Of a stretch of DNA of 64,000 nt, positions 1 to 12,000 are shown one piece after another; position 1 is the first letter of the stretch, and the number at the start of each line of letters is the position of its first letter. Source of the DNA: Longimicrobiales bacterium (lineage in GTDB: Bacteria; Gemmatimonadota; Gemmatimonadetes; Longimicrobiales; Gaopeijiaceae); the NCBI GenBank assembly GCA_965204735.1, contig OZ242008.1:2784001-2848000 (forward strand), given 5' to 3'. The position numbers and the translations under genes were made by a program. The notes beneath the pieces are model-generated. The model worked only from the letters and a program-made list of their open reading frames with translations. It had not been told where the DNA came from and ran no database searches.

Positions 1-3000
1 CGCCACCTTCACCTCGATCGACTCGCCCAGCTGGTACGTGCTCGCGCTCGCCGGCGTGCTCGAGAGCGTCACGGCGCTCACCGCCGGCGTCGTGAACGTC
101 CCACCCGCAACCTTGTGGCCCGTGCTGTTCACCACCGCGCTCGAACCCAGCCCCAAAGTCGCGTCCAGGGTGCCGCCCGCAACCCGGATTGTGCCGCCGT
201 TCAGCGACAGCGCGCTCGCGCCGATGCTCAGCCCGTCGGCGTCCGCGTCGCCGCTCGCCACCACGTAGCGGAACACCAGCGTGTCCGTGCCCGTCCCGCT
301 CGCGTAGCTCGCCTGCCGCGTCGCGCTCCCGATTCCCAGGGCCAGCCGCGGCGTGCCCGTCACGTCCACCGACCGGTTGAACACCAGCGACACCTCGATC
401 GTCTCGCCCCGCTCGAAGGTGTCGCCCACCGTCGGCGCACTGATCGACAGCGCCGTCACGCCCGGCGGTCCCCGGCTCCCGTCCACCTTGTGCGCAGCCG
501 CGTTCGCAATCGCGTTCGTCCCCAACCCCAGCGCCGCCGCCGTCGTGCCGTCGCGCGCGTCGGCGATCGTACCGCCGTTCAGCGCCAAAGCGCTCGCGCC
601 GATGCCGATCCCCGTCGAGTCGCTGTCCGCAGCCGCCACCGTGTAGCGGAACGCCAGCGTCGCCGTGCCCGTGCCGCTCGCGTACGACGCCTGCCGCGTC
701 TGCGCCCCGATCGTCAGCGCCAGCTGCGGCGGACCCGTCACCGTCACCCTGCGGTTGAACGTCACCTCCACCTCGATCCGCTCCGTCCGACCGTACGTGC
801 TGTCGCTCGCCGGAGCGCTCGTGATCGCGACGCCGCTCACCGACGCCGCCGTGAACGTGCCGCCCGCGACTTTGTGGCCCGTGCTGTTCGACACCGCGCT
901 CGCGCCCAGCCCCAGCAGCGCGTCCGTCGTACCGCCGGCCACGTCGATCGTCCCCCCGTTCAGCGCCAGCGCGCTCGCGCCGATGCTGAGCCCGTCCGCG
1001 TCCGCGTCGCCGCTCGCCACCACGTAGCGGAAGACCAGCGACGCCGTGCCCGTGCCGCTCGCGTAGCTCGCCTGCCGCGTCGCAGAGCCGATCGTCAGCG
1101 CCAGCTGCGGCGTGCCCGTCACGTCCACCGCCTTGTTGAACGTCACCGTCGCCGCAACCGTGTCGCCCCGCTCGAAGGTGTCGCCCACCACAGGCGACGC
1201 GATCGACAGCGCGGTCACCCCCGGCGGCCCCTGCGCGCCGTCCACCTTGTGCGACGCCGCGTTCGCGATCGCGTTCGTCCCCAGGCCCAGGCTTGCCGCC
1301 GTCGAGCCGTCGCGCGCGTCTACAATCGTCCCGCCGTTGAGCGTCAGCGCGCTCGCACCGATGCTCAACCCGTCGCTGTCGGCGTCGGACGCCGCCACCG
1401 TGTAGCTGAACGCCAGCGTCTTCGTGCCGGTGCCGGAGCCGTAGTCCGCCTGCACCGTGTCGGTCCCGACGCCCAGCGCCAGCTGCGGCGTCCCCGTCAC
1501 GCTCACCGCGCGAACGAACGACGCCTCGACCTCGATCTCCTCGCCCAGACCGTAGGTGTCCCCGCTCGACGGAGCGCTCGAGATCGTCACGCCGCTCACC
1601 GACGACGCCGTGAACGTCCCGCCCGCTACCTTGTGCCCCGTGCTGTTCGATATCGCGTGCGTGCCCAGACCCAAAGTCGCGTCCAGCGTGCCGCCCGACA
1701 AACGGATCGTGCCGCTGTTCAACGCCAACGCGCTCGTCCCGATGCTCAACCCGTCCGCGTCCACGTCCGCAGTCACCACCGTGTACCGGAACACCAGCGC
1801 CGTCGTGCCGCTGCCGCTCGCGTAGCTCGCCTGACGGGTCTGCGTACCGATCCCCAGCGCCAGCTGCGGCGTACCCGTCACCGCCACCGCACGGTTGAAC
1901 GTCAACGTCGCCGCAATCACATCGCCACGCTCGAACGTGTCGCCCGTCGGCGGCGACGCGACGACCAAGCCGATCACGCCCGGCGGTCCTTGGTTGCCGT
2001 CCACCTTGTGCGCCGCAGCGTTCGCGATCGCGTAGCTCCCCAGGCCCAGGCCCGCCGCCATCGTCGCGTCACGAGCGTCCGCAATCGTCCCGCCGTTCAG
2101 CGCCAATGCGCTCGCGCCGATGCTGATCCCGTTCGCGTCCGCATCCGCAGTCGCCACCGTGTAGCCGAACGTCAGCGTCGTCGTCCCTGTCCCGCTCGCA
2201 TACGACGCCTGCCGCGTTTGCGAACCGATCGTCAGCGCCAGCTGCGGCGTCCCCGTCACCGCTACGCGCCGGTCGAACGTCACTTCGACCTCGATCCGCT
2301 CCGTCCGACCGTACGTGCTGTCGCTCGCCGGGCTGCTCGATATCGTCACGCCGCTCGCCGACGCCGCCGTGAACGTCCCGCCCGCCACGCGGCGCGCGCC
2401 GTCGTTGCTGATCGCGTGATGCGCCAAGCTCAGCAAGGCGTCCGTCGTCCCACCCGCCACGTCGATCGTCCCACCGTTCAGCGCCAGCGCGCTCGCGCCA
2501 ATGCTCAACCCGTCGGCGTCGGCGTCCGCCTGCACCACCACGTACCGGAACACCAGCGCCGTCGTCCCCGTCCCCGACGCGTAGCCCGCTTGCCGCGTCT
2601 GCGAACCGATCCCCAGCGCCAGCTGCGGCGTGCCCGTCACGTCCACCGCCTTGTTGAACGTCACCGTCGCCGCCACCGTGTCGCCCCGCTCGAACGTGGC
2701 GCCCACCAGCGGCGCAGCCACCGACAACCCCGCCACGCCCGGCGGCCCCAAGCTGCCGTTCACCTTGTGCGACGCGTCGTTCGTCACCGCGTTCGCGCCC
2801 AGACCCAGCCCAGCAGCCGCAGCGCCCGGGCGCACGTCCGCAATCGTCCCGCCGTTCAGCGTCAAAGCGCTCGCGCCGATGCTGACCCCGTCGGTGTCCG
2901 CGTCCGCCGGACGGACCGCGTAGCCGAACACCAGCGTGTCCGCCGTGCTGGAAGCGGCCACGTAGCTCGCCTGCCGGGTCTGCGTCCCGATCGTCAGCGC

Positions 3001-6000
3001 CAGACGCGGCGTGCCCGTCACCGCCACCGGTCGGCCGAACGCCACCTTCACCTCAATCGACTCGCCCAGCTGGTACGTGCTCGCGCTCGCCGGCGTGCTC
3101 GAGATCGTCACGCCGCTCACCGACGCCGCCGTGAAGGTGTTGCCCGCCACCTTGTGGCCCGAGCTGTTCGACACCGCGTGGGCGCCCAGGCCCAGCACCG
3201 CGTCCGTCGTCCCGCCCGCCACGTCGATCGTCCCGCCGTTCAGCGCCAGCGCGCCCGCCCCGATGCTGAGCCCGTCCGCGTCCACGTCGCCACTCGCCAC
3301 CACGTAGCGGAAGACCAGCGCCGTCGTCCCGGTCCCGCCGGCGTAAGAGGCCTGCTTCGTCGCCGTCCCGATCGTCAGCGCCAGCTGCGGCGTCCCCGTC
3401 ACGTCCACCGCCTGGTCGAACGTCACCGTCACGGCAATCGTGTCGTGCCGCTCGAAGACGTCGCCCACCACCGGCGACCCGACCGCCACGCCCGTCACCC
3501 CCGGCGGACCCTGGGAGCCGTCCACCTTGTGGGCCGCCGCGGCGGCGATCGCGTTCGAGCCCAGGCCCAGCGTCGCGTCGGCGCCCACGCTACTCCGAAT
3601 CGTGCCGCCGTTCAGCGCCAGCGCGCTCGCACCGACGGCGATCCCGTCCGAGTCCGAGTCCGCCGCCGTCACCACGTAGCGGAACGTCAGCGCCGTCGTG
3701 CCGCTCCCGCTCGCATACGACGCCTGCCGCGTCTGGGCGCCGATCGCCAGCGCCAGCTGCGGCGCGCCCGTCACCGTCACGGGAACGTTGAACCCGATCT
3801 CCACCACGATCGCGTCGTGGGCGAAGTACGTGCTGTCGGCCCCTGCGTCGCTGCCGATCGTCGCGGCGCGCACCGTCGGCGTCGTTGCCGAGGAGCCGTC
3901 CACCTTGTGGTCCGGGGAGTTCGAGAACGCGTTCACGAAGAGGCTGAGGTTCGCGTTCGTCCCGGCGGCGCTGCGGATCGTGCCGCCGTTGAGCGCCAGG
4001 GCCGTCGGGCCGACGCTGATCCCGTTCGAGTCCGAGTCCGCCGTCTGCACGACGTAGTCGAAGGCGAGCGCCGCGGTCCCGCTCCCGCTCGCGTAGTCGG
4101 CCTGGCGGGTCGCGTTGCCGACCGTCAGCGCGAGCTGCGGGGTTCCGGTCACCGTCACCGGTATCTGGAAGACTACCGAGACCGTGATCTTCTCGCCTCC
4201 GCCGTAGGTGTCGCCGCTGGCCGGCGCGCTGGAGACCGACATCGAGCTCACGAGCGGGGCCGTCGCGGCGCCGTTCACCTTGTGGCCCCCGGCGTTCGCG
4301 ATCGCGTGGCCGCCCAGCGCCAGCGTGGCGTTGGTGCCCGACCCGCTTCGGATCGTGCCGCCGTTCAGCGTCAGGGCGCCGGCGCCCACGCTGATGCCGT
4401 CGTCGTCGCGGTCCGTCGCCAGCGTCACGTAGTCGAAGACCAGCGCCGTCGTTCCGCTCCCGCTGGCGTAGGCCACCTGCCGGGTCGCGCTCCCCACCGC
4501 GACCGCGAGCTGCGGGGCGCCGGTCACCGTCACCGGAATGCTGAACCCGACGCGCACCGAGATCGTCTCGCCCGCGCCGTAGGTGTCGCTCCCGGCCGGC
4601 GAGCTGGCGACCGCAGCGCTGGTCACGACCGGGACCGTCGACGTTCCGTCCACCTTGTGGGCCGCCGCGTCGGCGATCGCGAACGTCCCCAGGCTCAGGG
4701 CAGCGTTGGTGCCGGCCCCGCTCTGAAGCGCGCCGCCGTTCAGCGTCAGCGCGTTCGCCGCGACGGCGATCCCGTTGCCGTCCACGTCCGTGGCCCGGAC
4801 GGTGTAGCTGAACGTCAGCGTCTTGGTCCCCGTCCCGCCTGCGTACGCCGCCTGCCCGGCGCCCGTCCCGATCGTCAGCGCCAGCTGCGGCGTGCCCGTC
4901 ACCGTCACCGGTATCTGGAACGCGACCTCGACCGACACCGCGTCGCCGGCGGCGTACGTGCTGTCGCTCCCCGCGTCGCTGACGATCGTCGCGCCGGTCA
5001 CGGCTGGCACCGTGGCAGCCCCGTTCACCTTGTGGGCCGAAGCGTCGGCGATGGCGTAGGAGCCCAAGCCGAGCGCGGCGTCGGTGCCCACCGAACTCCG
5101 GACCGTGCCGCCGTTCAGCTCCAGCGCCCCCGCTGCCAGCGAGATGCCGTCGGCGTCGGCGTCGGTCGCGTCCACCACGTACTCGAACCGAAGGCTGGTG
5201 TTGCCGCTGCCGCTCGCGTAGTCGGCGTGCCGGGTCGCCGCGCCGATCGTCAGCGCCGCGCGAGGCGTGCCCGTCACCGTCACCGGGAAGTCGAACCCGA
5301 TCTCGACGGCGATCGTCTCGCCCGCGCCGTAGCTGTCGCCGCTGGCCGGCGTGCTCGCTATCGAGGCAGCGTTCACCGTCGGCGCCGTCGACGTTCCGTC
5401 CACCTTGTGGCCGGCCGCGTCCGCGATGGCGTGGGCGCCCAGCCCGAGCCCGGCGTTCGTTCCCACGCCGCTCCTGATCGTGCCGCCGTTCAGTCCCAGC
5501 GCGCTCGCCCCCACGGCGATCCCGGTCGAGTCCGAATCGGCCAGAACCACCGTGTAGCGGAACGTCAGCGTCTTCGTGTTCGTGCCCGAGACGTACGCCG
5601 CCTGGCGCGTCTGCGCGCCGATCGTCAGCGCCAGCTGCGGCGCGCCCGTCACCGCCACGGGAACGTCGAAGCCGACGGCCACGGCGATCGCCTCTCCGGC
5701 GTAGTAGGTGTCGCCGCTGGCCGGCGCGCTGGTCACCGCCGCCGACACCACCGCCGGCGTCGTGGCGCTGGCGCCGTTCACCTTGTGGGCCGAAGCGTTG
5801 GCTATGGCGTGACCGCCCAGGCCGAGCGCCGCCGTCGCGCCCGCCGTGCTGGCGATCGTGCCGCCGTTCAGCCCGAGCGCGCTCGCCCCCACGCTGATCC
5901 CGTCCGCGTCCACGTCCGCCGACTGGACGACGTAGCCGAACGTCAGACCGGCGCCGTCGCCGCCCAGGAGCGCCGCCTGGCGAGTGGCCGCGCCCACGCC

Positions 6001-9000
6001 CAGCGCCAGCTGCGGGCTTCCGGTCGTCCGCACCTCGAGGTTGAAGCCGACCTTCACTTCGATCCGCTCGCCGGCGCCGTAGGTGTCGCCGCTCACCGGC
6101 GCGCTCGTCACCGAGACGGAAGTCGCCTCCGGCGTCGTGGCCGTGCTGCCCGACACCTTGTGGCCCGACGCGTTGGCCACCGCGTGGGCGCCCAGCCCCA
6201 GCGCGGCCGCCGTCCCGATCGTGCTCAAGATCGTGCCGCCGTTCAGCGAGAGCGCGTTCGCCGCGATCGAGATGCCGTCGGCGTCGGCGTCGGACGACAG
6301 CACCGTGTAGTCGAAGTACATCGACTGGCCCGAGAGCCGGGCGAACTCCGCCTGCCGCGTCTGCGATCCGACGGCCAGCGCCAGCCGGGGCGCCCCCGCA
6401 ACCACGATCGGCAGCTGGAACGACACCCTGGCCGTGATCTTCTCGCCCGCGCCGTAGGTGTCGCCGCTCGCCGGCGCGCTCGTGATCGACACCGCGCTCA
6501 CCGCCGGCGCCGTCGCCGTGCTGCCCGACACCTTGTGGCCCGAGGCGTCGGCCACCGCGTGCGCGCCCAGTCCGAGACCCGCGGCGGCCCCGGCCCCGCT
6601 CCGAATCGTCGCGCCGTTCAGCGTCAGCGCGCTCGCCCCGATGGATACCCCGTCGGCGTCCGCGTCCGCCGCCTGCACCACGTAGCCGAAGTGGAGCGAC
6701 TGTCCCGACGCGCGGCTCAACGTCGCCTGGCGCGTCTGCGCTCCGACGGTCAGCGCCAGCCGGGGACTGCCGACGACCGTGATCGGAACCGCCGCGCCGA
6801 ACCGAACGTGCACGTCGATCCGCTCCCCGCCGCCGTACGTGTCGCCGCTGGACGGACTGCTCGTGATCTGCACGAAGTCGACGAACGGGGCCGTCGCCGT
6901 CGCCCCGTTCACCTTGTGGGCCGCGTTCGCCGTGAAGGCGCGGGCGCCCAAGGAAAGCTGGGCCGACGCGCCGCCCGGACCCGATATCGTGCCGCCGCCG
7001 AGCGTCAGCGCGGCAGCCGCGACCCCGATCCCGTCGGCGTCCACGTCCCCGCTCCGCACCGTGTACGCGAACCGGACCGTGCGCTCCCGCACGCGCTCCA
7101 TGGCCGCCTGCCGCGCGGCGGCGCCGATCGTCAGCGCCAGCCGGGGCGATCCCGTGACCGTCAGCACCGCGCTGAACTCCACGTCCACCCGCACCACCTC
7201 GCCCGCGCCGTAGGTGTCGCCGCTCACCGGCGTCCCCACGAACCGCACCGCCGTCACGACGGGCGCCGACGTCGGAGTCGCCCTCGCCTCCTCGCTCGCG
7301 TGCCCCGACCCCACCGAGTTCTGCGCCCGAACCTGGAACTTGTACTCGGTTCCGTTCGACAGCGACGGGACGACGTGGCTCGTCGTGCTCGCGTCGCTCC
7401 CCGAGATGTCCGTCCAGCGCGAAAACGGCTCGGTGGCAATCGCCTGGCGGAACTGGTAGCCGGTGAGCGTCGTGTCCGACGGGTCCGTCCAGCTCAACGT
7501 GACCTGCGCGTTGCCCGGACTCGCCGAGAAGCCCGTGGGCGCCGCCGGCGTTCCCAGCAACCCGTCCACCTTGTGGCCGGCGCTGTTTTCGATCGCGTAC
7601 CGGCCGATCGTCGGAGAAGCGATGCTGAAGCGCGTGTTCACCCAGCCGGCGGTGAAGTCCAGCGCGTTGGGACCGATGCTGATCCCGTCGCTGTCCGCGT
7701 CGGCCGCCGTGACCGTGTACTGGAAGCGCGCGCTCGTGAGGCCGGTGCCCGAGTACGCCGCGTCCCGCGTCGCCGTCCCCACGCCGATCTTCAGCACCGG
7801 CGAGCCCGTGACGCGGGGACGGAACGCCGAGAACGACACCGTGACTTCGATCGTCTGGCCGGGCCCGTACGTGTCGTCCGCGGTCGGCGAACTCGTGATC
7901 TGCACGCCGGTGACCCAGATGTCGCTGGGCCGGGCCAGCGCGAAGCTCGCGCGTCCCGCCCTGGAGCCGGCCACCGCCCGGAGCTCGAAGCGGTAGTCCA
8001 CCTGGTCCGTCAGCGACGAGACCGTGTGACTGGTCGTGCTCGCGCCGCTGCTCGGCACGTCCGTCCACGCCGTGAAGCTGCCCGAGCTCGACTCGTTGCG
8101 GTGGCGGACCTGGTACTTGGTGATCGTCGTGTCGCTCGGATCGGTCCAGCGCAGCTGAACTGCGCCGCTGGCCGTCGGCGTCGCCGTGAGGCCGCTGGGC
8201 GCCGCCAGCGTCGCGAGGCTGCCGTTCACCTTGTGCGCCGCGCTGTTCGACACGGCGTTCGCGCCCAGACCCAAGCCGGCAGCCGTGGCCCCGTCCCGCG
8301 CGTCCGCGATTCCGCCGCCGTTCAGCGTCAGCGCGCCGGCCCCGATGCTGATCCCGTCGGAGTCGCTGTCCGTCGCCGCCACCGCGTAGCGGAACGCCAG
8401 CGTCGAAGTCCCCGTGCCGGCAGCGTAGTCGGCCTGGCGCGTCGCCGCGCCGATCGTCAGCGCCAGCTGCGGCGTCCCCGTCACCGCCACCGAGCGGGCG
8501 AACGTCACCTCCACCTCGATCCGGTCGCCCGCGCCGTAGGTGCTGTCGCTGGCCGGGCGGCTCGTGATCGACACGCCCGTCACCGCCGCCGCCGTGAACG
8601 TCCCTCCCGCCACCTTGTGGCCCGAGCTGTTCGACACCGCGTGAGAGCCCAGCCCGAGCGCAGCGTCCGTCGTCTCGCCCGCCTCGTCGATCGTCCCGCC
8701 GTTCAGCGCCAACGCGCCCGCGCCGATGCTCAACCCGTCCGCGTCCGCGTCGCCGCTCGCCACCACGTAGCGGAAGACCAGCGACGCCGTACCCGTCCCG
8801 CTGGCGTAGCCCGCCTGCCGCGTCGCCGCGCCGATCGTCAGCGCCAGCTGCGGCGTCCCCGTCACGTCCACCGCCTTGTGGAACGTCACCGTGACGGCAA
8901 TCGTGTCGCCCCGCTCGAACGTGTCGCCCACCACCGGCGACCCCACGGCCACGCCCGTCACCGTCGGCGGACCCCGCGTTCCGTCCACCTTGTGCGCCGC

Positions 9001-12000
9001 CGCGGCGGCGATTGCGTTCGTGCCCAGGCCCAGGCTGGCCGCCGTCGTCCCGTCCCGGGCGTCGGCGATCGCCCCGCCGTTCAGCCCCAGCGCGCTCGCG
9101 CCGATCCCGAGCCCGTCGCTGTCGGCGTCCGCGACCCCCACCGTGTAGGCGAACGACAGCGTGTCCGTACCCGTGCCCGAGCCGTAGTCGGCCTGCCGCG
9201 TCGCCGCGCCGATCGTCAGCGCCAGCTGCGGCGTCCCCGTCACGCTCACGCGACGGCTGAACACCAGCTTCACTTCGATCCGCTCGTTCAGGCCGTAGGT
9301 GCTGTCGCTTGCCGGGCTGCTCGCGATCGCCACGCCGCTCACCGCCGCCGCCGTGAACGTCCCGCCCGCCACCTTGTGGCCCGCGCTGTTCGACACCGCG
9401 TGCGCGCCCAGCCCCAGAAACGCGTCCGTCGTCCCGCCCGCCACATCGATCGTCCCGCCGTTCAGCGCCAGCGCGCCGGCGTCGATGCTGAGCCCGTCCG
9501 CGTCCGCGTCGCCCGAAGCCACCACGTAGCGGAAGACCAGCGACGCCGTACCCGTCCCGCTGGCGTAGCCTGCCTGCCGCGTCGCCGCGCCGATCGCCAG
9601 CGCCAGCTGCGGCGTCCCCGTCACGTCCACCGCCTTGTTGAACGTCACCGTCACGGCAACGGTGTCGCCCCGCTCGAAGGTGTCGCCCACCACCGGCGAC
9701 CCGACGGCCACGCCCGTCACCCCCGGCGGACCCAGGCTGCCGTCCACCTTGTGCGCCGCAGCGTCCGTGATCGCGTTCGACCCCAGGCCCAGGCTCGCCG
9801 CCGTCGCCCCCGCTCGCACGTCGACGATCGTCCCGCCGTTCAGCGCCAGCGCGCTCGACCCGATGCTGATCCCCGTCGTGTCCGCGTCCGCCGGACGGAC
9901 CGCGTAGGCGAACACCAGCGTGTCCGCCTTGCTCGTCGCCGACTCCCAGCTCGCCTGCCGCGTCTGCGCGCCGATCGTCAGCGCCAGCTGCGGCGCGCCC
10001 GTCACCGCCACCGGGCGGCCGAACGCCACCTTCACCTCGATCTGCTCGCCCAGATGGTACGTGCTGTCGGCCGCCGGTGCGCTCGAGATCGTCACCGCGC
10101 TCACCGCCGGCGTCGTGAACGTGCCGCCCGCCACCTTGTGGCCCGAGCTGTTCGCGATCGCGTACGCGGTCAGGTCCAGCAACGCGTCCAACGCCTCGCC
10201 CGACGCCCTGATCGTTCCGCCGTTCAGCGCCAAAGCGCTCGCGCCGATGCTGAGCCCGTCCGCGTCCGCGTCGCCGCTCGCCACCACGTAGCGGAACACC
10301 AGCGTGTCCGTCCCCGTGCCGCTCGCGTAGCTCGCCTGCCGCGTCGCCGCGCCGATCGTCAGCGCCAGCTGCGGCGTGCCCGTCACGTCCACCGTTCTGT
10401 GGAACACCAGCTCGACCTCGATCGTCTCGCCCCGCTCGAAGGTGTCGCCCACCGCAGGCGCCCCAATCGCCAAGCCCCTCGCCTCCGGTACCCCTGTGGT
10501 GGGCGTCGGCGGTGGCGGCAGGCTGCCGTCCACCTTGTGCGCAGCAGCGTCCGACACCGCGTTCGATCCCAAGCCCAGGCTCGCCGCCGTCGTGCCGTCG
10601 CGAGCGTCCGCGATCGTCCCGCCGTTCAACCCCAGCGCGCTCGCGCCGATGCTGAGCCCCGTCGAGTCCGCGTCCGCCGCCACCACCTGGTACGCGAACG
10701 TCAGCGTCGCCGTGCCCGTGCCGTCGACGTACTCCGCCTGCCGCGTCAGCGTGTCGATCGCCAACGCCAGCTGCGGCGTGCCCGTCACCGTCACACGGCG
10801 GTTGAACGTCACCTCGACCGCGATCTCCTCCGTCTCCGCATACGTGCTGTCGCTCGCCGGCGTGCTCGCTATCGTCACCGCGCTCACCGACGCCGCCGTG
10901 AACGTCCCGCCCGCCACCTTGTGGCCCGTGCTGTTGCTCACCGCGTGACTGCCCAGCCCCAGCAAAGCGTCCGTCGTCCCGCCCGCCACGTCGATCGTCC
11001 CGCCGTTCAGCGCCAATGCGCTCGCGCCGATGCTCAACCCGTCCGCGTCCGTGTCGCCACTCGCCACCACGTACCGGAACACCAGCGACGCCGTGCCCGT
11101 ACCGCTCGCGTACTCCGCCTGCCGCGTCTGCGTCCCAATCCCCAGCGCCAGCCGCGGCGTGCCCGTCACGTCCACCGAGTCGGTGAACGTCACCGTCACC
11201 GCAATCGTGTCGCCCCGCTCGAACGTGTCGCCCACCACCGGCGAGGCAATCGACAACCCGCTCACGCCCGGCGGTCCCCGGGCGCCGTTCACCTTGTGCG
11301 CCGCCGCGTTCGCGATCGCATGGCTCCCCAACCCCAGCCCCGCCGCCGTCGCCCCGTCGCGTGCGTCCGCGATCGTCCCGCCGTTCAGCCCGAGCGCGCT
11401 CGGGCCGATGCTGATCCCGTCCGAATCGGAGTCCGCAGCCTGCACCGCGTAACGGAACGTCAGCGTCTTCGTGCCACTCCCGCTCGCGTACGACGCCTGC
11501 CGCGTCTGCGAACCGATCCCCAGCGCCAGCTGCGGCGTACCCGTCACCGTCACCGGCCGCGCGAACGACACCTCCACCTCGATCCGCTCCGTGCGGACGT
11601 ACGTGCTGTCGCTCCCAGGCACGCTCGCTATCGCCACGCCGCTCACCGCCGACGCCGTGAACGTCCCGCCCGCTACCTTGTGGCCCGCGCTGTTCGTCAC
11701 CGCGTGCGCGCCCAGGTCCAGCAGCGCGTCCGTCGTCGTGCCCGTCCGCCGGATCGTCCCGCCGTTCAGCGCCAAAGCGCTCGCGCCGATGCTCAACCCG
11801 TCCGCGTCCGCGTCGCCGCTCGCCACCACGTACCGGAACACCAGCGACGCCGTGCCCGTCCCCGACGCGTAGCCCGCCTGCCGCGTCGCCGATCCAATCC
11901 CCAACGCCAGCTGCGGCGTCCCCGTCACCGCCACCGCCGCGTTGAACTCCACCGTCGCAACTATCGTGTCGCCGCGCTCGAACACGTCCCCCACCACCGG

